Shown here piece by piece: positions 7,803-16,200 of a stretch of 17,399 nucleotides of DNA; position 1 is the stretch's first letter; every line of letters begins with the position of its first letter. Position numbers and translations under genes: made by a program. The notes below the pieces were generated by a model that was not told the origin of the DNA, did not search any database, and worked only from the letters and a program-made list of their open reading frames with translations. The stretch comes from Promethearchaeota archaeon. Lineage in GTDB: Archaea > Asgardarchaeota > Lokiarchaeia > Sigyniarchaeales > SOKP01. The stretch spans positions 1 to 17,399 of the forward strand of contig JBHLNT010000080.1 of the NCBI GenBank assembly GCA_048941265.1, read 5' to 3'.

Positions 7803-9137
7803 TTAGAGAACAATTTGAGTTAAAAATTCGGAGATTTGCCCCCTGATCGCTTCTGAAGTGACTTCTCGGGAATCATAAGAGTCACATCCAAAAATTAAGG
7901 TTGGTATTCCTATTTCTTCTTTTATAGCTTCCGAAGCTACCTGTGCCATGGCAAAAACATGTTTACAAGCAAAGTGTACGGGGAATATTACAGCATCTAT
8001 CTTATAATCTTTCATATAATTTACTAGGTAATCAATATAGTATTCTATTGGTCCTCTTAGCGTACCAACCATTGATGCATCCAACATTCCCTTAGCTAAA
8101 CTTTGAAAACAGTTATCAGTGGTAGATACATCATGGGGAAGTACCTTATAATGACCTAGAAGGTCCATTATGACTACAGCGTTATATGTCTGTTCCATCC
8201 AAGGAAGTAGTTCTTGATCGAAAAAAACGTGAGTATAAGGCCATGCAATTCTTATTTTTTCATTCGGGACACCAGCTATACCGTTTTTTACATTCTGAGC
8301 GGCAGTATCACGAAACCATTTAGTTGTATTGACTGCTTCAGTGCTTCCACCACGGGTCACCATAGTAAAAAAGCTTCCTAAAAATCCAGCTTGGCTTGGC
8401 ATCGGGCAGGGTACATTTTTTAGGAGTTCGTTGAATTCCAATACATTTTCCCGGGCTTGATTAACCATACCCATTGTGTGCATAAATCTTTCTTCATCAA
8501 ATTCATGCTTTGTCTTATTCTCTAACCATGCAATCAGATTTTTTGATTGATTAATAATATAGTCTATGGTTTTCTCATCAAAATACTCATTTTCTTGATT
8601 ATAAGCCCAATAGGGGATATCTACGTAAAAAGATGGGATATTCGCGAGATTTTGCATAACTTGGTAAGACATTGTGAGAGAATTGCAAGGTGCAGTTGAA
8701 TACACGAGATAATCAGGGATAGGTGCTGCACCCTGTAACATCAGCGAAACGAAAGGTCTCTGGGCATTACAAAGAGTAGGATTGTCACCGTATCCCACTT
8801 GTTTTGCATAATCAATATAAGGTTCATTTAAGTGAAAGGGTGCCAATCCAACACTAATTACTTCCTGCATCAACGGTGTCAAATTCATCGCAAAAATTAA
8901 TGCAGGTTCATAGTTAAAAGGATGCATAACAATAGGATTTTCTTCCTTTCGCGCTTTGGGAATACTTAAAAAAATATCCAAGAACATTTCAATTACAGGA
9001 TTAAAATCTTGTTCTTTTGAAGCGTTGAGGAAAGCGTTATACATGGTCTTCCATATTTTTAAATCTTTCCCCCAACTTCCTCGGCCCTTTTTCTTATATT
9101 CATCAAATAATTCTTTATCCAACCTTTTCAACTCCAT
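7803..9137 (-). CDS. 2-hydroxyacyl-CoA dehydratase alpha-type subunit, paralog A4
   Basis: LCNAQR, APCN and FACKH motifs; colinear with A1-A3. Start is ATG at 9137 or TTG at 9122 (5 nt after GGAGTTGA). Confidence 0.88.
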   Translation of the reverse strand: MELKRLDKELFDEYKKKGRGSWGKDLKIWKTMYNAFLNASKEQDFNPVIEMFLDIFLSIPKARKEENPIVMHPFNYEPALIFAMNLTPLMQEVISVGLAPFHLNEPYIDYAKQVGYGDNPTLCNAQRPFVSLMLQGAAPIPDYLVYSTAPCNSLTMSYQVMQNLANIPSFYVDIPYWAYNQENEYFDEKTIDYIINQSKNLIAWLENKTKHEFDEERFMHTMGMVNQARENVLEFNELLKNVPCPMPSQAGFLGSFFTMVTRGGSTEAVNTTKWFRDTAAQNVKNGIAGVPNEKIRIAWPYTHVFFDQELLPWMEQTYNAVVIMDLLGHYKVLPHDVSTTDNCFQSLAKGMLDASMVGTLRGPIEYYIDYLVNYMKDYKIDAVIFPVHFACKHVFAMAQVASEAIKEEIGIPTLIFGCDSYDSREVTSEAIRGQISEFLTQIVL

Positions 9138-9332
9138 TTAAACCGAATAATAACTATTTAGGCTTTCAAATTTAAAAAGCTATCTATGATTAGATATTAA
9201 AGATTTTTAGAAGCTCATAATATCTTGTTTTATATAGAAAAAATAAAATAGAGATCGTTAATTTATAAAGAAACATTATACTGATCAACAAAGAAACTTA
9301 CATAAAAAGTATATTAAATAAAAGTGAAAAAA

Positions 9333-10115
9333 ATGGATTGGGGAATGAATAATCGATTATCGAGGATAATCAAGCCTAAATCTGGAAAATGTGTAATGTT
9401 AGCTATTGATCATGGATATTTTGGAAATATTCCTGGGCAATTAAAATGTTTTGGAGATTTAAATCCATTATTTCAATATGCAGATGCGCTAATGCTAACA
9501 CGAGGTATGTTAAGAAGCTGTGTTTCTCCCGGCTTAGATATACCAATTGTACTTAGAGTTTCAGCAGGAGCTAGCATGCTGAAAGAACTCTCAAATGAAG
9601 AGATTAACGTCACGATAGAGGATGCGATTAGACTAAATGTATCTGCTATAACATGTTCCATTTTTGTAGGGGGAGAATATGAAAAGCAGAGTTTAATGAA
9701 TTTATCTAAATTAGTCAACTGGGGACAAGAATATGGTATTCCTACTTTAGCGGTTACGGCCGTTGGAAGAGAAATGGTAAGAGATGATCGCTATCTTGGA
9801 ATGGCTAGTCGTATGGCAGCTGAAATGGGAGCAACATTCGTTAAAACTTATTATTGCGAAAACTTTGAAAACGTTACTAGTATTTGTCCAGTACCAATAG
9901 TGATTGCTGGAGGGAAAAAAGTAGAGGAAAGAGATGCCTTACAGATGGCAAAGGATGCGGTTGATAAAGGCGCCGTAGGTGTCGATATGGGGCGGAATAT
10001 CTTTCAAAGCGACAGTCCTATTGGGATGATACAAGCCGTCAGAGCAATAGTTCATGAAAATGCAACTGTGGATGAGGCTTTTGAGATTTATCGAAATGGT
10101 CCAAAAGGACTATAA
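9333..10115 (+). CDS. lsrF: LsrF-like 3-hydroxy-5-phosphonooxypentane-2,4-dione thiolase (DhnA-type class I aldolase fold)
   Basis: MDWGM.NRLSRI..PK.GK.VMLA.DHGYF, ELSNE, R.AAEMGA...KTYY (Schiff-base Lys), CPVPIVIAGGKK and GVDMGRNIFQSD closely follow E. coli LsrF as I recall it. ATG at 9333 lies 5 nt after AGTGA; the ORF track uses GTG at 9324. Confidence 0.9.
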   Translation: MDWGMNNRLSRIIKPKSGKCVMLAIDHGYFGNIPGQLKCFGDLNPLFQYADALMLTRGMLRSCVSPGLDIPIVLRVSAGASMLKELSNEEINVTIEDAIRLNVSAITCSIFVGGEYEKQSLMNLSKLVNWGQEYGIPTLAVTAVGREMVRDDRYLGMASRMAAEMGATFVKTYYCENFENVTSICPVPIVIAGGKKVEERDALQMAKDAVDKGAVGVDMGRNIFQSDSPIGMIQAVRAIVHENATVDEAFEIYRNGPKGL

Positions 10116-10157
10116 TTTTAACTAAATTAAATTTTGTTTAAGTTAATTTATTAAATC

Positions 10158-10172
10158 TTTTTTTATTTTTTT
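10158..10172 (+). terminator. Double oligo-T tract, possible terminator of lsrF
   Basis: TTTTTTT-A-TTTTTTT starting about 43 bp after the lsrF stop. Confidence 0.35.
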
Positions 10173-10211
10173 CAACAAATATCAATTATTTTCAGCCAGT
10201 ATAGTATTTTT

Positions 10212-11171
10212 ATGTATATACCTAAAATAGATAATCTTCAAATTCAAAAAGTTACTGAAGATGTTTTACTTTTACATCAAATTAAACCACCTTCTGTATT
10301 TTCTTGTTGCGATGGGCTTCTTATATTACCCAAAGAAGGTAGAAATCAAAAAGCTATCATTCTTGATGCCAATATTGAACCGAATTTAGTCGAGGAAATT
10401 AATTACCTATATGGGCCAATTACGGATTATGTTTGTACTCATGGGCATATGGATCATATCACACATGTTCATGCATGGGAACAAGTCGGAGCAAAAATAC
10501 ATGCACCTGCTCCTGAAGCAAATTATTTAGTTGATTTACATAATTTTTACGAAGGATATGGATTCAATGAATCTTTGGGATACTCTACTATTGAAAAGTT
10601 CGGAAGATTAAATAAATTTCAAAGTTGTAAGAGTATAAGTAATTTTGAGCCCGGTGATACTATTAAATTTGAACAATTTGAAATAGAAACCATTCCATTT
10701 ACAGGACATTCAAAATCTCACATAGGAATTTTATTGAAGAGAGAAAAAATCCTTCATGTTAGCTGTTTAGGTTTTGATCAACCAAAACCAGGAGTGGATG
10801 GATTTGGTCCTTGGTATGGTTTTAAAGAATGTTCAATATCACAATATTTAAAAGATATTGATATAGCAGAAATGATTTATCGTAATTTAGAATATTTAAC
10901 ATCTAGTCATTCTTACATTGCTAAAAATCCAGATATAAGACCTTTTGTATATATGAGAAAAAAGATCAAAGACAACCAGAAAAAGGTTGATATTGGATTA
11001 ATGAAAATAAAATTTACTCCGAATTTTGAAGAGAAGGTAAAAAAATTACTTAAATTAGACCTTTTCTTCCCTAAAAAAAGAATGAGAGGATTTTTGCGAG
11101 AAATTTATACACATTGGGAATCTTGGATTATAACAAAGCACCTACAAAAAAGTAAATTATTAAAATACTAA
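10212..11171 (+). CDS. Metallo-beta-lactamase-fold metallohydrolase
   Basis: IILDA, THGHMDH (HxHxDH, residues 77-82), GHS (H166), FGPWYG and SSH (H233). Confidence 0.85.
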   Translation: MYIPKIDNLQIQKVTEDVLLLHQIKPPSVFSCCDGLLILPKEGRNQKAIILDANIEPNLVEEINYLYGPITDYVCTHGHMDHITHVHAWEQVGAKIHAPAPEANYLVDLHNFYEGYGFNESLGYSTIEKFGRLNKFQSCKSISNFEPGDTIKFEQFEIETIPFTGHSKSHIGILLKREKILHVSCLGFDQPKPGVDGFGPWYGFKECSISQYLKDIDIAEMIYRNLEYLTSSHSYIAKNPDIRPFVYMRKKIKDNQKKVDIGLMKIKFTPNFEEKVKKLLKLDLFFPKKRMRGFLREIYTHWESWIITKHLQKSKLLKY

Positions 11172-11182
11172 TCTCTTTAATT

Positions 11183-12232
11183 TTACTCCTTATTTGGCTC
11201 AAGAATTACTTTTAGTGATTTATCAGCTTCACAGACAGTTTTGAAAGCCTCCCCAACTTTATTGAGAGGAAATCGATGAGAAATCAAATCAACAACGTTA
11301 ACTTTTTTGGATTTGATTCTGTTATAAGCCTCATCTAAATCTTGAGGCGCTGCTCCATACGATGTCATGATAGTGACTTCATTTCTCCAATAGTCATTAA
11401 TAGGGATTTCAATATTAACCCCCGGTTTTGGTACCGCGAAAAAAATAATAGTACAGCCCGGACCAGCACATTGAATGGCTTGTTTCGCCGCAGATAGAGC
11501 CCCCGTACATACAATAATGCAGTCGGGAGTCTTGTTATTATTCAATTTTTTTACTATTGATAAAACATCTTCACCCACCTTTATCGTTGCTATTGCTCCG
11601 TATTTTCTTGCCATATTTAGTCTATATTCACTAATATCAGTTGTAATGATTTTTTCTACTCCTTTTGCTTTTGCGAGTATAAGATGCAACAAACCTGAAA
11701 CTCCGCTTCCTAATATAAGAATTGTCTGCCCTTTTTTAATGTCTGCCAATCTTTGAGCTCGACAAACGCAGCCTAATGGCTCTATAAAGACTCCCTCTTC
11801 ATAAGAGACTTCGTCGTCCAGGACATATACACCTTTTTTTTCAATATTAATATTTGGAACTCTGAGATATTCAGCAAATCCCCCCGGATCGTAATTAGTA
11901 TTATGAAGTAAATTGCATGCAGTATGGTGACCAAGCTGGCAATAATGACATTCAAAACAAGGAACATGGTGGGAAACAAACACTCTATCTCCCACTTTAA
12001 GATTTTTTACATTCTCACCTAATTCAACAATATCACCCGTAATTTCATGACCTAAGACCAAGTTATCTACTCCCAATTTTTTCATTTTAGCGATTCGATA
12101 ATATTCCAAAATATCAGAACCACAGATTCCTGATTTTTTCACTTTAACTAAAAATTCTCCAGATCCTATCTCTGGTTTAGGTATCTGATCTTCTATAACT
12201 TTTTTGTTATTATAATATCTTGCGATTTTCAT
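11183..12232 (-). CDS. Zn-dependent medium-chain alcohol/polyol dehydrogenase (sorbitol/L-iditol dehydrogenase-like)
   Basis: GICGSD, GHE..G...E.G..V, structural Zn site CFECHYCQLGHHTAC, EPLGC, Rossmann GSGVSG and the Asp of TDIS (suggests NAD preference). Substrate unknown. Confidence 0.9.
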   Translation of the reverse strand: MKIARYYNNKKVIEDQIPKPEIGSGEFLVKVKKSGICGSDILEYYRIAKMKKLGVDNLVLGHEITGDIVELGENVKNLKVGDRVFVSHHVPCFECHYCQLGHHTACNLLHNTNYDPGGFAEYLRVPNINIEKKGVYVLDDEVSYEEGVFIEPLGCVCRAQRLADIKKGQTILILGSGVSGLLHLILAKAKGVEKIITTDISEYRLNMARKYGAIATIKVGEDVLSIVKKLNNNKTPDCIIVCTGALSAAKQAIQCAGPGCTIIFFAVPKPGVNIEIPINDYWRNEVTIMTSYGAAPQDLDEAYNRIKSKKVNVVDLISHRFPLNKVGEAFKTVCEADKSLKVILEPNKE

Positions 12233-12252
12233 AACAGGATTTAAATTATTAC

Positions 12253-12262
12253 TTTTATAAAA
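12253..12262 (-). promoter_or_regulatory. Putative TATA box for the dehydrogenase gene (leaderless-type spacing)
   Basis: TTTTATAAAA; the minus-strand TTTATAAA starts 29 bp before the ATG at 12232 and no SD precedes that ATG. Confidence 0.45.
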
Positions 12263-12389
12263 TTAAAGATGGAATTAAATTTAATATCATTTATTTATGA
12301 TTTTTTAGATAAATTTTTATTAATTTCTTTTTTATTTAGTATAATTGCCACTCTATCCTTGTTTTTAATAATAATAATGACTATTAATC

Positions 12390-12410
12390 ATATCTATGAC
12401 TCATAGATAT
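12390..12410. promoter_or_regulatory. Perfect 21-bp palindrome, candidate PadR operator
   Basis: ATATCTATGA-C-TCATAGATAT (10-bp arms) in the divergent dehydrogenase/padR intergenic region, directly beside a TATA-like TTTTTATAT (12412-12420). Confidence 0.7.
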
Positions 12411-12556
12411 CTTTTTATATTATTCTTATTTTTACATTTTAACCATAATTTACTAAAACTTTTTTTAATTAAAATTGGTCTACAGATAGATTTTAATTGA
12501 AAAAAGACTAAATATTAGAAAAAAATTTACTAAAAAAACAAAAAAGTTTTGAAAAT

Positions 12557-13195
12557 ATGACGGAAAAAGACAACGATAATAAAATAAAGGATATCGTTGA
12601 TTCTTTCGAAGTTGCAATGAAAAAAGGATTCATGAGTGGATTAATTTTATTGGTACTGCAGAATGAACCGTGTCATGGTTATAAGATTTTGAAAGAAATT
12701 GAAAAACGCACTTTAGGAGTTTGGCAGCCAAGTTCATCAAACATTTATCCATTATTAGAATCATTAAGCGAAAAAGGTCTTATTGAATGTGTTGAGATGG
12801 ATGGCGCTGGACGCCAAAAGAAAGTATATGCGATTACCTCCAAAGGAGAAAATGCTATAAAAATCTTAATCCAAAAACATTCCATGATGGTCGATTCAAT
12901 AAGATCAATAATCTTATCCACGTTAGGGATTACAGATGTGCATGATCCGTCATTTTTAGAAGATTTGGAGAAATTAATTTCTTATCCAGGAATGGAATTG
13001 ATAATGAAAGATTCCATTGATTCCAAAGTGGAAATCTTAAAATATAACAAAGAATTGATAAAACAACGAATCAAAATTATGAACAAGAATCTCCAAATCA
13101 TCGAAAATTTTCTTTCAAAACTCGAAAGTGAGAAAAAAAATGAAAATATTAATCAAAAACCACAACAAATTGCTAGCCATCAATCACAAAAATAA
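12557..13195 (+). CDS. PadR-family transcriptional regulator
   Basis: Winged-helix pattern KKGFMSGLILLVLQNEPCHGYKILKEI...PSSSNIYPLLESLSEKGLI...GRQKKVYAITSKG, plus a helical/coiled-coil-like C-terminus. Confidence 0.9.
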   Translation: MTEKDNDNKIKDIVDSFEVAMKKGFMSGLILLVLQNEPCHGYKILKEIEKRTLGVWQPSSSNIYPLLESLSEKGLIECVEMDGAGRQKKVYAITSKGENAIKILIQKHSMMVDSIRSIILSTLGITDVHDPSFLEDLEKLISYPGMELIMKDSIDSKVEILKYNKELIKQRIKIMNKNLQIIENFLSKLESEKKNENINQKPQQIASHQSQK

Positions 13196-13210
13196 TTCGG
13201 AGATACTAAA

Positions 13211-16200
13211 ATGGGAGTTATATTAAAGTTAGCAATAAGGAATATGAAACGGCGTAAAGCAAGATATATTCTTACTTCTCTTACCCTTGTAATAGGAGTT
13301 GCGTTATTTGGTGGTATTTTAATTGCAAACGATTCCTTTCAAGTAACATTTGTAAATGATATTGATAGACGTATGGGTACAGCTGATATTCTTCTTCGTG
13401 ATACTGAAAATGCGGACGGTTGGTTTAATCCCAACGATTTAAAAGATGTTAAAGATTTGGATCACGTTACAGATATTGCATATCGAATTTCAGGATTTAA
13501 TATACAAGTAACTGCCGTAGAAGGAGGCTCACTAGACGACAATAGTACTTCATCAGCCATATATGGAATTGATCCTGATTCAAAAGGTGAGCAACATTTA
13601 GGTGGTCCTCCTACAATATTAGATTCTAAGGTCGATGGAAATAGTTTGGAGGATTTGCTAAAGGATGCTTCTTCCGATGAAATCGTAATAACAGAATCAT
13701 TAAAAATAAAATTAGGTAAGGATTTTGAAGCTGGGGATACAATTTATATTTTCCCAATTGATTATGAAAAAACCTTTCCAACAGGCGAACAAGAATTAGT
13801 CAAAACGGATTCAAGTTTATGGCCAAAATATAAAGTACTTGCTATAATTCGAGATAATGGTGAAGCACGTGATTTTGATCCTGACACACCTGAACAATTC
13901 TCATCGCCTTCTCGAGGGCCTTGTATTTTTACAACCCTTGGTACTGCACACGATCTTGTTGATGGACTAAACGATTATGATGATAAAGTCACACTTGCTG
14001 CGATTGGAGTAGATGATCTCAATTTAATTAAGGATGTTATTAAGGAAATTGACCATGATCTTGACAATGACAAATGGGTTGCTGCTGATCTTAAATCTGA
14101 TAGCGTTGATCAAATTAATAGTTCTATGACAATGCTGAGGACAATGTTTTTGATGTTTGCTCTCGTAGCTTTAATATTATCGATTATTCTTATTATGAAC
14201 ATTTTCAATATAATCAAGGAAGAACAGGAATATGAAACGGGAATGCTTCAAGCAATTGGATCGTCGAAATCTGAGACATTTAAGATGTTTTTATATCAAG
14301 GAATAATAATGGGGATAATAGGAGCAATAATAGGAACAATTGGTTCTTATTTCATGTCATATTTCATTTTTTGGTTGACAATAGAGTCTCTAAGAAATCT
14401 TCCAGGAGGAGTCGGTGAATACTTTCAAGGCTTTGAATTTGGTATTGTATTATATCCACAAACTATAATTGTTACGTTAGCAGTAGGAATTATCTCTTGC
14501 ATATTAGCTTCTATATATCCAAGCTGGAAAGCGAGTCGTAAGCCAATAATAGAGTGTTTAAATCCCCTTGCTCAAAAAGCCGAACGCGAAAAAAAGCATT
14601 TTAAAAGAAAAATATTAGTAGGTATAATGGCATTGTTGCTTATAGCAATTGGGTCATACCTTTTGTTTACTCTTTCCCGTTTTGGACCCGAAAGATCCGA
14701 AGAAGCTTCTACCATATCAATGATTGCGCCAACCATGATCCTATTGGGTATTATTGGGCTTATGAATCTCTTTGTAAGTCCGCTTACAAGAGTGTTCGTT
14801 AAAATTTTCTCCCCATACCTTAAACATACAACATTATTAACTGGAAAAAATGTTTTAAGACATAGAAAGAGAACAGTTCTCACATTTTCAATGATATCGT
14901 TAACGACGAGTTATCTTATCGGTCTGAGTGTTTTTTTGGGTTCCATAGAAGCTGGAGTACAAACAACAGTAAATGATGTAATGGGTTGCGATGTACGAAT
15001 CATTTGTTATGGTACACCATTAGAATTTGGAAACAAATTAGAAGATCGGAAAGGTGTTGATGAGGTTATGGGAGTAACCTACGAAAATATTCAAATATGG
15101 GATGGGCATAAATGGGTCGGACATCGTCAATTAGAAAAAGAATGGGATGTTTCTATCACTGCGAATGTTGTAGAGCCAAAAATGATGAAAAAGCATATGA
15201 ATGAAACCGTTGTTTTAGATCCTAGCAGTAAGCCTTTTGAAAAGCTGATAACTGACTTATCCGATGAGAATACTGTAATGATTCCTAAAGAAACTGCTGA
15301 CAAGTTTGATTTAAAAAAAGGAGATACAGTATTGGTTCGATTTTCCCTCGGAGTTGATTATCCTTCGGCAACAGCACTTAGAGATCATGATGTAGACAAT
15401 GCTGTTGAAATTACATGCAATGTTAAATTAAAAGTTATCGCAATCGTTGATGATGTTCAAGGGTTTGGTTTTTCAAACCTTATAGGACAAGATGTTGAAA
15501 GCTATAGTATTTTTATTTCATGGAACACATGGGATTCTATATCTCTTAATAATTTGAATGGTGGTGGAACCGATCTTATGTTTAGACATAAGTCTCAATC
15601 AGGAGAGCCCGGTATTGATAATTTTCAATCTAAATGGTTCAATTTCTCTGAAGTTATCGGTGCTATAGAAAATGTCTCTAATATCGACTATTACACTACA
15701 AGGATGGATTATTTCAGTCCTACTTATGGGGCTGAAGTACTTTTCAATCCTTTTGATCCTGCGATAAATTTTGAATCTTCAGTTGTAGGGATAAGAACTA
15801 ATTCAAGTGGAAAATTAGTTGATGATTCATATTTTGGTCAAAACACACTAATTGACAAGTCTGATGAGTATTCAGGTTCAACTATGGAACAACTACTAAA
15901 TAATACTAAAATGGTATGTGTAGTGGATGAAAGTTATGCTAATCTTATGAAAGAGAGTGATTCATCATTTGGTATCGGTTCGAATATTACTATTTTCCCT
16001 CAAGAATTTCAATCTATGCAATATCAGATTTTTGCAAATAGTCTCTATACAAGTGTTACAACCACAAATGGTTCTAGTACAGGTCTAGTAGATTTCTTAA
16101 CTCTTCCCGCACCAATAGAACCGAATAACATGACTTTTACTAGCAATAAAACATCAATGGAAGTCATTATAGATTTCGATATGACATATTTTATGACACA

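Noticed and set aside
7744-7810. Programmed frameshift or readthrough giving A4 an alternative C-terminus from the relic
   Set aside because: The relic is in the -1 frame relative to A4, A4 already has a complete C-terminus and TAA, and I see no canonical slippery heptamer at the junction.
1339-9137. Canonical class I benzoyl-CoA reductase (bcrABCD/bzdNOPQ)
   Set aside because: Class I BCR needs two different ATPase subunits. Only one HgdC-sized activator is present and there are no ring-degradation genes in the window. Aryl-CoA reduction is not excluded, but the name cannot be assigned.
237-11171. Beta-lactam synthesis/resistance link (penicillin acyltransferase-like C45 plus MBL fold)
   Set aside because: Both families are broad, there is no ACV synthetase or IPN synthase, and the MBL protein has no signal peptide.
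356-11979. Short ORF-track entries 356..541, 1463..1654, 1832..2242, 2669..2962, 3351..3581, 4065..4256, 5163..5360, 8956..9141, 9473..9718, 11475..11756 and 11782..11979
   Set aside because: They are antisense or alternate-frame shadows of well-supported genes with no recognisable motifs. The mutual similarity of 2669/4065 and 3351/8956 only mirrors the paralogy of the sense genes.
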